The notes under the pieces are model-generated. The model did not search any database, was not told the origin of the DNA, and worked only from the letters and a program-made list of their open reading frames with translations. From a bacterium (GTDB taxonomy: Bacteria; Desulfobacterota; DSWW01), in the NCBI GenBank assembly GCA_040756235.1, contig JBFLZG010000105.1:1-64000 (forward strand): a stretch of 64,000 nucleotides of DNA, read 5' to 3'. Below, one piece after another: positions 46,135 to 55,878 of the stretch (the stretch's first letter is position 1; every line of letters begins with the position of its first letter). The translations under genes and the position numbers were made by a program.

Positions 46135-48609
46135 TCACGGGTGGCACTCGGCGCAGCTCACCACGATCTTCGCTTTGCCGTCCTTGAAGTGGCAGCCGTC
46201 GCAGGCCTCGACGCTCGCGGGGTCGGAGAGCCAGCCGAGCCCTTCCGTGTAGAGGGAAGGCGGGCGCTCGGGGATGGGCCGGAAGACGATCTTCACGACG
46301 GCCTTGGTCGAGAAGCAGCCTCCGAACCCGGGCATGTCCGGGTTCTCGTTGGTGACGAACCCCTTGTTGGTGGACGGATTGAAGTACATCTCCTTCAAGT
46401 GGCCGTGCCCGTACGGGAAATGCACGCCGAAGTCGTCCGTGGCCAGAAGGCGATAGTCGTGGCGCTTCTTGTCCGCCTGCTCCATGCCGGTCGCGTCCAG
46501 TACGTCATCGAAGAAGACGACCTTCTCCATCTTGCCGCCCCCGACGTCGATGGTTCGCGCCGGCAGATCGGACCAGTACAAGGTCCGTTCGCGCACGCCG
46601 TCGTCGACGACGAGCTTGCGCATCATCTCGATGGTGAAGAGGTCGGGGATTGTACACCCGTCGAGCCCTGCGACCGAGGGCGTCCCGCGGCTCAAGTCGA
46701 CCTTTGCGCTCTGCACGGCCTCCCAGCTCACGGTGCACTCTTGGCCGCCGTCGTACGAAATGAGCCGGTAATCGTAGAGCGCGCGGATCTGATCGGTGGT
46801 GAAGAAGCCGGACTGGGTCTGGGCGCTCATGACACTGTCCGGCACGAACGCGCGCAGGGGCGCCATGCGGTCCGCCCCGGGCACCGGCAGATCGCGCAGG
46901 CTCACCGCGTGTTCTTCCTCCTGGACGAAAAGCCTCACCCCTTCGCCGTGCGCGGCATGGGCCGGCCCGGCGGAGTTCCGGCCTCCGCCGTCCTGCCGGT
47001 AAAGGACAATCTCTGCGACGTCCTCGAGGGAGTGGGCGGGAAGGCCTGCGCCCGCATGGAAGCGCGCGTTCGGCTTCCCCTCGCTCATGTAGAGAAAGCC
47101 GCTCTTGAGCTGAGTGAATCGCAAGGGCTCGCAGAGCCGGCCGCCGTCCCGGCCGACGATCTCGTAGAGCCAGTCCTGGGGGCTGCGGGCCGCCTGCGGC
47201 ACGATGAACGCATCGAGCGTCGCAATGGGCACGGGCTCGGGGCCTGCGGCCCTACCCTGGCCCGCGCCGCTCGTTGCGCCGGTCTCATAGAGACATTGGG
47301 GGACGCGCTCCAGCGGGACCGCGACCGCATCCTCCGCGTGCCCGGCCTTGACTACCCGGATCTCGGGCCCGGAGACGCGGGCGTCCCCCGCAAGAGGACG
47401 GATGTCCGAAAGAGTCCGGGGGAAGAGGATGCAGGAGATCTCTCCCCTCTCGTCAACCTGGCGTTGCAGGACGCCGATCAGATCGAACGGCCCGGCCGGA
47501 GGCCCGGACCCCGGAATCCCCGAGCCCGGGGAGATCTGCAAACGGAGCGTGCGGGTATCGCCGGCTCCCGAGACCTCGACCGCGTCGGTCTCCTGACCGA
47601 AGCCGGGCCACGCGGCCGCGGCGTCGGAGCCGTGGAGCCGGACCCCGTTCACCCGGACCAGGTCGCCCGCGCAATCCTCTGCGCTCCCGTAGACCTCGTC
47701 CACTGAGCCGAACGCGCGCGCGGACGGCAGCGGCTCCCCTCTTGCCAGCACGGCCACGCTCCCTCCGGAGATCGGGTGCAGCTCGATCATGCCGTTGTGC
47801 TGCCGGATGGTCCCCTGGATCGCGACCCGATCGCCCGGATAGACGCGCAGGTCGTCGAAGGTGCTCCCGTCATAGCCCTGGTCCGCCTTTCTGGCGAGCG
47901 TGTCCGCGAACACGTAAACACCGCCGGTCCCGTCCTGGACGTGAAACTTGATGAAGCGGTTGCACGCCATGGCGCGGCACCCCACGGTTGCGACGCCCTC
48001 GACCCAGACGGTCTCCCCGAGGTGCGCCGGGGTCCCGCCCCTCCGCTCCATCACGTAGGAGCAGGTCTTCTTCTCGATCCGGGTCCAGTCGGGACGGGTC
48101 GCCACGGACCCGCCGTCCATTCGGCCGCGGTAGAGACATGGGGCTTTTCTCATGTCCCAGTGGACGCACAGCCCTCTGCCGCTCCCGCTGCCGTCGACGA
48201 AAAAGGCGTGTCGGAGATCCTCGTACGCCGGGAGCTCCCGCTCGCTGCCGCTGCCGAGGCATTCGAGCAAGCTCTTCTCGTCCCGGTCGATGAAGTCGTA
48301 GAAAAGATTGGCAGCATCCGGGCCGATCGCGCGGTCGGCCCAGTCGGATACCCGCACCGCCCACGCGGTCCGCACGGTCCCGTCCGCGTCGACCAGCTCC
48401 CGCAGCACCGGCGCCAGGCCGCTCGAGTCGGTCGCGGACTGGTTCAGGGATACGGAGATCCGGATGCCTTCCGGCGGAGGCGGAGGGTCCGGCTTCACGG
48501 CTGTCAGGCAGGCGGATGCTGCAAAAACGGCCGCGCAGAAGAGCATCCGCTTCCGGCCCCTGGGAGGAAGGAGCAGACCCCTCTTACCCCTCGCGTTGCA
48601 TCTCGGCAT
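46135..48609 (-). CDS. Large exported protein with OB-fold-like region and two C-terminal CxxCH motifs
   Basis: Signal/lipobox-like AASAC; VQDGTGGVYVF...GDRVAIQG; ends CDGCH..CAECHP; start uncertain (48609 or 48546). Confidence 0.7.
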   Translation of the reverse strand: MPRCNARGKRGLLLPPRGRKRMLFCAAVFAASACLTAVKPDPPPPPEGIRISVSLNQSATDSSGLAPVLRELVDADGTVRTAWAVRVSDWADRAIGPDAANLFYDFIDRDEKSLLECLGSGSERELPAYEDLRHAFFVDGSGSGRGLCVHWDMRKAPCLYRGRMDGGSVATRPDWTRIEKKTCSYVMERRGGTPAHLGETVWVEGVATVGCRAMACNRFIKFHVQDGTGGVYVFADTLARKADQGYDGSTFDDLRVYPGDRVAIQGTIRQHNGMIELHPISGGSVAVLARGEPLPSARAFGSVDEVYGSAEDCAGDLVRVNGVRLHGSDAAAAWPGFGQETDAVEVSGAGDTRTLRLQISPGSGIPGSGPPAGPFDLIGVLQRQVDERGEISCILFPRTLSDIRPLAGDARVSGPEIRVVKAGHAEDAVAVPLERVPQCLYETGATSGAGQGRAAGPEPVPIATLDAFIVPQAARSPQDWLYEIVGRDGGRLCEPLRFTQLKSGFLYMSEGKPNARFHAGAGLPAHSLEDVAEIVLYRQDGGGRNSAGPAHAAHGEGVRLFVQEEEHAVSLRDLPVPGADRMAPLRAFVPDSVMSAQTQSGFFTTDQIRALYDYRLISYDGGQECTVSWEAVQSAKVDLSRGTPSVAGLDGCTIPDLFTIEMMRKLVVDDGVRERTLYWSDLPARTIDVGGGKMEKVVFFDDVLDATGMEQADKKRHDYRLLATDDFGVHFPYGHGHLKEMYFNPSTNKGFVTNENPDMPGFGGCFSTKAVVKIVFRPIPERPPSLYTEGLGWLSDPASVEACDGCHFKDGKAKIVVSCAECHP

Positions 48610-48741
48610 TCTATGAACGGTCCCCCATATGCTCGTGCAAGGCAGATTCAAGCGAGGACAGCATTCCCGTAATTTCCGGAGGAAAGAGGCCGTCATCCCG
48701 GGCCAGCGGTTCCACCCTGTCTTACCGTCATTGCGGCGGAG

Positions 48742-48950
48742 GAGGCTGTGTCACAAATCCGGTCAGACCCCGTGCGATCACTCATTCCGGAGGACTCGGA
48801 GGCGCGACCGCATGATTTCCGTCATTCCGGCGAAGGCCGGAATCCAGCCCCTGCGCCCAGTTACCACAGCTGGTCTGGGTGCACCCTTCTGGATCCCGGC
48901 TCCCACTCGCTTCGCAGGTGGGCCGGGATGACGGAAACCAACACGGCCCC
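48742..48950. mobile_element. Second copy of the 209-bp MITE-like element
   Basis: Colinear with 37432-37640; ends GAGGCTGTGTC and AACACGGCCCC (degenerate). Confidence 0.65.
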
Positions 48951-49091
48951 GACAATTCTCTCCCTCCGGCCCAGGCCGGAATCCGGTCCGGTTTATGGGA
49001 TCCTCCAAGTCCGCTACACTGGCTCGTATCGTGTCAGATCCTTGGGGCGAAATAAAGCCTCGGAATGGAGGGAAGCGTGCGCGACCGATCC

Positions 49092-49952
49092 ATGTCTCCG
49101 ATCGTCCTTGGGGCGCTCGCCGGTCTGCTCGTTCTTGCGGCGGGTACCGTCCGGGCGCATCCCGGCAAGTTCACCATCGTCGGCATGGGCACCAGCCCCG
49201 ACCTCCTCACCTTGCGCGGAGCGGAGGTCGTGAGACAGGCGGACATCATCCTTCTGGACGAACCGGAGGACCGCAACGCCTGGGCGGCTCTCATCGGTAG
49301 TAAAGAGGTCTGGTTCTGCGGGCGCCGGAGCGCGGCCTTCTACGGCTCCGATCCCGGTCAGATGAACGACCCTGCTGCCCGCGAGGAGGCCGTTCGGGAG
49401 GCCCGGGTCCGGGAAGTGATCGTGCAGAGGATCCGGAGGGCCGTGGAGAGCGGCAAGAAGGTGGCCGCCCTGAAGTGGGGAGACCCCATGATGTTCGAGA
49501 ACACGTACTATCTCGAGATGCTGCCCCAGGGCTTCCCCTCCGAGGTCGTCCCCGGTGTAGGCTCCTTTCAAGCGGCCAGCGCGGCCTTGAAGATGAGCCC
49601 CTGCTACGGAGGAGACACGAATTCCGTGATCCTGACCGCGACCGACTGGCCGGGGCGCTCCGACTGCAACGAGGAGCTCATGGGCCATCGGACCACCATG
49701 GTGTTCTACGCGATGCACCTGGACTATCCTCGGCTCTTCGAGCAGCTCGGCCGGCACTATCCGCCGGACACGCCGGTCGCCGTCGTGACCCACGCAGGAG
49801 ACCGGAGCCGCGAGCGCGTCATCCGGAGCACGGTCGCCCGCTTCCTGGCCGAGGTGAGCTATGCGGCGCTTCCCCCGGAGGAGACCCTGCTGCTCGTGGG
49901 CAAGTTCCTCGAGGCAGGTCAGGCCCGCAGGACGCCGCCGGCCTTGGAATGA
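49092..49952 (+). CDS. Tetrapyrrole (corrin/porphyrin) methylase family protein with signal peptide
   Basis: IVGMGTSPDLLTLRG, ADII, LKWGDP, VVPGVGS..AA.A, YPPDTPVAVV. Confidence 0.8.
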   Translation: MSPIVLGALAGLLVLAAGTVRAHPGKFTIVGMGTSPDLLTLRGAEVVRQADIILLDEPEDRNAWAALIGSKEVWFCGRRSAAFYGSDPGQMNDPAAREEAVREARVREVIVQRIRRAVESGKKVAALKWGDPMMFENTYYLEMLPQGFPSEVVPGVGSFQAASAALKMSPCYGGDTNSVILTATDWPGRSDCNEELMGHRTTMVFYAMHLDYPRLFEQLGRHYPPDTPVAVVTHAGDRSRERVIRSTVARFLAEVSYAALPPEETLLLVGKFLEAGQARRTPPALE

Positions 49953-50082
49953 GCGAGACAGCCCCTCACAGGGAACCCGCCGCTCTCCCAGAGTGCGCGT
50001 GCTTTGCAGGCGCGCGGGTCCTTACGGCACGGATTCTTACGGCTTGGACGGAAACGCGGATCGTGATAGACTTGGCGCCGAC

Positions 50083-50523
50083 ATGAAGAGCTTTTACGCA
50101 CGCAGGTTGCTGTCCATCTCGAGTCTCATCCTCTACCTCGTCGCGGAGTGCTGGGCAACCGCGGGTATCGTGCTGTGCTCCTGCCCGGGCAGCGACTTCA
50201 CGGACAATCCTCGCGCGCTTGCCTGCTGCTGCATCTCCGGGGCAGACCGACATCCCTCCGCATCCGGACCTGCGTCTGCCTCGGAGCCTGCAAGCTTCGT
50301 GGCGGGGTCTTGCTCATGCGGACAGCTTCCGGCTGCCGTCTCCGTGAGCGTCGCATGGCTCCAGAGAGACAACCCGACTCCGGATGGCAAGACCCGCCAA
50401 CCCACAACCTCTTTCCGCAATGCTCCCCTTCCCATCGAGACCGTCTCCGGGCGGACCCTCCATGAACCTCTCCCTTCGGCCTCCGGCCTTTTGTTGTTGC
50501 ACACGGTCATTCTCCTGATTTGA
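50083..50523 (+). CDS. Cys-rich hypothetical membrane or exported protein
   Basis: N-terminal TM, CSC/CCC/CSC, C-terminal LHTVILLI; upstream TTGGAC-17-TAGACT. Confidence 0.55.
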   Translation: MKSFYARRLLSISSLILYLVAECWATAGIVLCSCPGSDFTDNPRALACCCISGADRHPSASGPASASEPASFVAGSCSCGQLPAAVSVSVAWLQRDNPTPDGKTRQPTTSFRNAPLPIETVSGRTLHEPLPSASGLLLLHTVILLI

Positions 50524-50719
50524 GAGAACCCTCCGCATCCGCGGGCTCGATGAAGAGGTGCACGGCCGGACGTGCCGGGCGCGAAGACCGCGGCACCCGC
50601 GGCTCCGTGAGCCCGTAAGCCGATCCCAGCTGCGGCTCCGGATCAAGGCTCGCCTGCACGAGCCGGGGAATCAGGAAATCTCTGTCAGCACGTGTTTTCC
50701 GAACGAGGAGGAAGCCATC

Positions 50720-51358
50720 ATGCATCAGGCTCTCATGGGTCGTATTTTCAAGGTGGGTCTTACGTCCGTACTGCTCGCCGGGTTGTGGGGGTGCGGCGGA
50801 GGCGGTGACGATCCCGCGAACGGCAGCCCCGGGCTGCTGTATTCAGACCTGCAAGATCTGGACACAACGATTCAGTCTCACGTGGAGACCGTCGAAGGCG
50901 TCCTGGGCACCGGGGCCAGATCGGTGCAACAGGAAGCCGCCGCTGTCCTGACACCCGCGGACTGGGAGGCCCTCAGGGCCGAGAGCGTCGACTACAGCAC
51001 GGAAATGAATCACATGCTGGGCAGTCTGGGCGAGGACGTGACCTCGGCGGGCGATTGTCAGATCTCTTACGGAGGCATGATGTACGGGCCCCCGGATTCA
51101 GGCGGAAGCTGCCCCTGCCAGTCCTATCTGGACGGGATTGGCCGGGAGCTCGACCGGCATCTCCGAGACATGTCCTCCTGGATGGACCAGCACGACCCTT
51201 CGGGCTTGTGGCAGGAGATGATCCGGCACAGAGACCGGATGAGGTCGCATATCACTGACATGGGCTCTCACATGGAGCACCTCTACGGTCACGACGGATG
51301 GATGGATGGGTGGGACGAAGGGCACATGGACGACGGCCCCAACATGATGGGGCAGTAG
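50720..51358 (+). CDS. Met/His-rich lipoprotein
   Basis: Lipobox LWGC; C-terminus rich in M/H (MGSHMEH, GHMDDGPNMMG); GAGGAGG RBS. Confidence 0.75.
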   Translation: MHQALMGRIFKVGLTSVLLAGLWGCGGGGDDPANGSPGLLYSDLQDLDTTIQSHVETVEGVLGTGARSVQQEAAAVLTPADWEALRAESVDYSTEMNHMLGSLGEDVTSAGDCQISYGGMMYGPPDSGGSCPCQSYLDGIGRELDRHLRDMSSWMDQHDPSGLWQEMIRHRDRMRSHITDMGSHMEHLYGHDGWMDGWDEGHMDDGPNMMGQ

Positions 51359-51511
51359 CCGGGAGTCACCCCGCGCAGAGAAGGCCCCTCTCCGGGGGTC
51401 CCTCCCTTCTGCGGGATAGCGCCATCCCCGATGTCACGACCTGAAATCGAAACGCGGCCTCACGAGAGGGTTCGAGCGCCCTCTCGTGAGGGCTCGGGGG
51501 GAAGGCGCGCG

Positions 51512-51805
51512 CTACTCGTGTGCCGCGTGGCCGGACTTTTCGTCATACGCCTTCTGGATGGCGGACATGGTCTCGGGCGTGCACATGCCGTCGACCGTCA
51601 TGCCATGGTCCTTCTGGAACTGCTTGATCGCCTCCAAGGTAGCCGCGTCCATCTTCCCGGTGCAATCGCAGCTGTAATTGAGTGCCTTGAGGCTTCTCTG
51701 GACATCCATGATCTGGGCCTCGTCCACCTTCGCGACCGCCGCCACGGGTATCAAGGTCAACAGGAACAAAGCCACCATCATGGACCCGACGATTCTTCTC
51801 TTCAT
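51512..51805 (-). CDS. Small secreted peptidoglycan-binding domain protein
   Basis: Signal peptide; VQRSLKALNY...TLEAIKQFQKDHGMTVDG; AAAGGAGG RBS. Confidence 0.85.
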   Translation of the reverse strand: MKRRIVGSMMVALFLLTLIPVAAVAKVDEAQIMDVQRSLKALNYSCDCTGKMDAATLEAIKQFQKDHGMTVDGMCTPETMSAIQKAYDEKSGHAAHE

Positions 51806-52344
51806 CCGATTTCCTCCTTTTGTCTGGTGATTCGGCCTTTCCGGCCTTCCGTATGTCCCCCCCCACATCGCTCGCGGAAATACTCTACCGGAATGACGGG
51901 CAAAGCCCCGGCTTTTTGCCCCGGCTGCCGCAGATCGAAGGAAAGCGCCGGACCGTGGTGTGAACCGAGATAACTCATAGATGCTCGGAAGCTCTTTTGA
52001 GTCGGTTAGCGAAAAAGACGGATGCACGGACGGTGCCATGGCAGGCGGCTGAAAAGGACTATCTGCGGAGTACAGCGGCACCTTCTCTTTCCGCAAGGGA
52101 ATGAGCCCTAGAGACTATTCTTCAGCAACGTGCAGACTATCCTCCACGCTCCCCCTGGCTCCCTGAAGGACCTCGAACCCGCAAGAAGACCATGGGGCAA
52201 AGAATCTGTCCTGGGGCCCCGTACAAAATCGTGAGCAGTGGTCAGCAGGAAGCTGCCATCACCGTGCATTCCGACCGAGGGTGCGGGCTTGCGCAGAGGG
52301 CCTGACGCTGCAACGAATACCCCCCCCGCCGGCCGCTGGCATGC

Positions 52345-52635
52345 TCTCTGCACCGCATATTGGGAGGCTCCGGCCGGACGTCGCTCCTGGTGCCGGTCCT
52401 CAGGCCGGGTGCGGCCGGTTTGCTCGGGGGCGCCCTGGGCTCTGCAGCGGGAGTCCTCCTCATCGCGCTGGCGCATGCCTTCGAGCCTTCCCTGCAGCTG
52501 CTCATCGGCTCCTGGCATCTCCTCGCCTTCCTGACCGCGGCAACCACGGGCATCGGCATCCTGGCCGCCCTGCCCGTCTCTCTTATCGCCGCCCGAAAAG
52601 ACCCTGTCTGCTCGCTCCAGCAGGAGAACGGCTGA
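52345..52635 (+). pseudogene. C-terminal remnant of an FtsX-like ABC permease
   Basis: LHRILGGS...GLLGGALGSAAG...AALPVSLIAARKDPVCSL; no plausible N-terminus. Confidence 0.5.
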
Positions 52636-52674
52636 CTGCAGGCCGGGGAACGGCCGGCACGACCATCCGGAGGT

Positions 52675-53745
52675 ATGCAAATGAATGCTCTGCCCGAAGG
52701 GTATCTGTGCAGCGAGGCCGATCAGGACCGAGGCCGTTCCGAAGGCGTTCACCCGCTCTATCTCGCTCTGGACCTCGTCTACGCAATGGGCCTCAGCCTG
52801 CTGGTGGCATACGCGGCCACGCCGCTCCTCCAATCCCCTCTTCCCATGGCGCTTCAGATGCTGGCCGCCATGGCCCTCGGCATGGCTCTGGCCACTCTGG
52901 TCAGCTTCCTGGCGTCCGTCGCTCTTGGCATGTTCGAAGCCATGATCCTCGGCATGTGGACCGGCATGACCGCTTCCATGGTCGGCATTGCGGACTCGGC
53001 GAGCGCCTGGGCCAGGCTGGGGCCGGCTCTGCTCTGCGGAGCGACGGTCTGGGGCCTGGTCAGTCTCGCCAACTACTACTATCGGTCGAAGCGGCCCGGA
53101 GTCAGGGCTCCGGCCGATGCTCCCGCCCCGGCAGTCGGGGCAGCCATCCGGAAGAGAAAGAAATCCCTGGCCTTCTGGGATAAGATCTCCCCTCTCTACG
53201 ACCTGATCGTATGGGGATCGGACCGGCGGAACCAGCGCCTGAAGCGACAGGCGTTCTCCGGCTCGCACGGCCGCGTGCTCTTCGTGGGGGCCGGAACCGG
53301 CAGGGACTTCGACTTCATGCCTCCGGGACTGAAGCTGTACGCCGTCGACATCAGCCAGGGCATGCTCGAAAAGGCAAGGCCGAAAGCGGAGCGCTATGCG
53401 GGAAAGGCCCGCCTGATTCGGTGCGACATTGCCCGTGCGCCTTTTCCGTCCGGTTCGTTCGACACGGTCGTGACGTCCTGCGTGTTCTGCTCGGTCGCCG
53501 AGCCCGTCCAGGGGCTCCAGGAAGTCCGGCGGCTGCTCAGCCCGGGCGGAAAGCTCATCATGTTCGAGCACGTCCTGTCCCGCAATCCCTTGCTTTCATT
53601 CGTGCTGAGATCCATGAACCCCTTGTCCTCGGGGCCGGACTTCACCCGCGACACCGAGCGCAATGCGCTCGCAGCCGGGTGGGACACCGTGGAACATCGG
53701 AATGCTTACATGGACATCGTCAAGATCATCACCGCAGAGCGATGA
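52675..53745 (+). CDS. Class I SAM methyltransferase with Met-rich N-terminal membrane domain
   Basis: About 4 TM helices, then VLFVGAGTG, VDISQGML, FDTVV..CVFCSV, PGG...FEHV. Confidence 0.85.
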   Translation: MQMNALPEGYLCSEADQDRGRSEGVHPLYLALDLVYAMGLSLLVAYAATPLLQSPLPMALQMLAAMALGMALATLVSFLASVALGMFEAMILGMWTGMTASMVGIADSASAWARLGPALLCGATVWGLVSLANYYYRSKRPGVRAPADAPAPAVGAAIRKRKKSLAFWDKISPLYDLIVWGSDRRNQRLKRQAFSGSHGRVLFVGAGTGRDFDFMPPGLKLYAVDISQGMLEKARPKAERYAGKARLIRCDIARAPFPSGSFDTVVTSCVFCSVAEPVQGLQEVRRLLSPGGKLIMFEHVLSRNPLLSFVLRSMNPLSSGPDFTRDTERNALAAGWDTVEHRNAYMDIVKIITAER

Positions 53746-53826
53746 TCCGGCCGGAAAAGGCAGCTGACCGGGAGAGGAAGCAGGAGCGTTCCGTAAGAAG
53801 CTCCCTCGGGTTCTTTCAACGGCCGG

Positions 53827-54651
53827 TCAGGGGACGGCGATGACCGGACAAGCAGCCGCTCGCACCAGCTTGATGGCCGCGTTCCCGAACAGGAACTCCT
53901 GGGTCTTGGTCATTCTCGGCGCGCCGAGAACGATCGTAGAAAACGACTCTTGCCACTCGTCCAGGATTTTTCGGGCAACGCTCTCCTGCTCGATCTCGAG
54001 CAGCTCCAGCCGCAGGCCCTGCGGAGGAAAACCGGCTCGCTCGAGGAGCGTCCGCGCTTCATGGGCGGCCTCGCGGATCCTGGACTCGTTCTGCTGCTTC
54101 GCCTCTTGCCACGCCTCCTGAGAACGGAAGATGTCCCGAGAGGGCGCGCGCGTCACGCCCAGCACGGTGATCGCGGAGCCCTGGTCCGGGACGAAATTGC
54201 GTGCGATGAAGCGGGCTCCCCGCAGGCCCGTTTGCGGGCTGTCGATGCACAGGAGAACCCTCTGCCCCTTTTCCGGAGTAGACTCGCCCGCGGCTTCGAG
54301 CCTTTGCCGGTGCAGGGCCGACAGGCCGGAAATCCTGGTGTCGCGGTACAGACCTGCAAAGTAGCCGACGGCAGCATAGACGATCACCTCGAGCAGGTTG
54401 TCGATGTAGTAGTAGCTCCCGGCGCCGTGTCCGGTAACGAGGATCCAGGGTAGGAACAGAAAAGAAGCCACGGCGGCGACCAGCACCCCGACCTTGCGGC
54501 CGAACCAGAAGCCGGCCAGGAACACCGGCGCGAGATAGAGCTCGCGGTGCAGCAGATGCAGAACAGGGCTGTGGGTCTCGGTGCTGAAGTGAAGATACGA
54601 GATTCCTGCCATGAGCAGGACCAGGATGACGATCTGCTTTTTGCGCTGCAT
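53827..54651 (-). CDS. Membrane-anchored universal stress protein
   Basis: N-terminal 3-4 TM (LHRELYLAPVFLAGFWFG); USP domain RVLLCID...TIVLG...EFLFGNAAIKLVRAAACPVIAVP. Confidence 0.8.
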   Translation of the reverse strand: MQRKKQIVILVLLMAGISYLHFSTETHSPVLHLLHRELYLAPVFLAGFWFGRKVGVLVAAVASFLFLPWILVTGHGAGSYYYIDNLLEVIVYAAVGYFAGLYRDTRISGLSALHRQRLEAAGESTPEKGQRVLLCIDSPQTGLRGARFIARNFVPDQGSAITVLGVTRAPSRDIFRSQEAWQEAKQQNESRIREAAHEARTLLERAGFPPQGLRLELLEIEQESVARKILDEWQESFSTIVLGAPRMTKTQEFLFGNAAIKLVRAAACPVIAVP

Positions 54652-54725
54652 GTCGTGCTCTTGAAAACGGCCGAAGCAGACGGACGACGTGCCGGGGCGC
54701 ACGCGAGCCCGCGATGACCGGATCC

Positions 54726-55694
54726 TCAGCTCGTAAGCTCTTCGCGGCAAGCCTGCAGCTGCTGGACGAGCTCCTCTACGCTCTCGTAGAAAGCTTCTGC
54801 TGCCTGGCTGAAAAACATCAACGTATCGTTCAGGGCTGCGGGAATATAGGGGAACACCTTCTTCAGGTTGACGATGCGGTTTGCCATCGCCAGGGACATG
54901 TCCTCCGCCTTCAGCTCCGAGGCCGGCCGCGCGTTCCCCTCTCTCCGGCCGGCCGGACCCCCGGGGTGATGGAAGCCCTTCCCCACCGTGAAGAGGAGCA
55001 CGTTTCCCAGGCCGAGAAGATCCACTCCGAAAGGATTCTCCGTGTTGTCATAGGCGAAATCGAAATCGATCCAGCTCCACTGACCGCTGTCCCGTTCCAC
55101 GAAGATGTGATCGTTCCGGATGTCTCCGTGCAGCCCCCCTTTGCTGTGGAGCCTGCCGATCGCCTCGGTACAGCCGATGACCTTCTCGAGCAGTTCCGGG
55201 AACTGCGAGAAGAAGTAGCTCCTGTGGTCCAGCTCGAGCTCGCGCAGGAGCTCGAAGAGCGAGCTGCCCTGTATCTTGTCGATGACCCGAATGGCGTTGC
55301 CCGCCTGATCGGTGACCGCCCTGCCCTGCATGAAGAAGGGATCTCCCTGGGTCAGCTCGAGGACGCGGGCTTCCTTCTGCGGACTGCGGAAGCAGAGGAT
55401 CTGCTCTCCAGCCACGGTCACCGGGAACGATTCGTGGAAGACGAGCTTGATGATCTTGAGCTGCCCCGTCTGGAGATCGACCGCCCGCTTGACCCAGAAC
55501 TTCGGCTCTCCTTCCAGGCCGCAACGCCCCTCTACCTCGTCTCCCCTGACCAGGTAGGAAGCCCCTTCCAACTCGAGGATATCTCCGGGTTGGATGCTCA
55601 TGAACTCGGAGGCATCCTCGAAGACCCTCAACGGGCCTCGCGGAGCCAAGTGGGAGAACTCTTTCACCCTCTCCCGCAGCTCTGCTTCGGTCAT
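54726..55694 (-). CDS. Atypical Ser/Thr protein kinase-like protein
   Basis: IIKLV, HGDIRNDH, WIDFDF, DLLGLG. Confidence 0.75.
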   Translation of the reverse strand: MTEAELRERVKEFSHLAPRGPLRVFEDASEFMSIQPGDILELEGASYLVRGDEVEGRCGLEGEPKFWVKRAVDLQTGQLKIIKLVFHESFPVTVAGEQILCFRSPQKEARVLELTQGDPFFMQGRAVTDQAGNAIRVIDKIQGSSLFELLRELELDHRSYFFSQFPELLEKVIGCTEAIGRLHSKGGLHGDIRNDHIFVERDSGQWSWIDFDFAYDNTENPFGVDLLGLGNVLLFTVGKGFHHPGGPAGRREGNARPASELKAEDMSLAMANRIVNLKKVFPYIPAALNDTLMFFSQAAEAFYESVEELVQQLQACREELTS

Positions 55695-55878
55695 GCTCTC
55701 ATCCCCGACTCGCCATATGGTTTAGAGGGCGCCGCACCAGCACCGCGATTCTGGAAAATCCGACTGCGTTTGCCTCCGCGGGACCGAGGCTCAGCCTCCC
55801 TGCAAGAAAGCGCTTGTAGATTATTCCTCACCAACGAGGGAAGATCGGCCGTCACGGCCTCTGCGGCCCGGCCGCTTG

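Noticed and set aside
15..48950. Recurrent palindromes as a possible CRISPR array or attC cassette array
   Set aside because: They are dispersed rather than regularly spaced, with no cas or integrase genes
52041..52134. Imperfect inverted repeat (GCAGGCGGCTGAAAAA / TTCTTCAGCAACGTGC) resembling IS ends
   Set aside because: Only 12/16 match, a single copy and no clear target duplication
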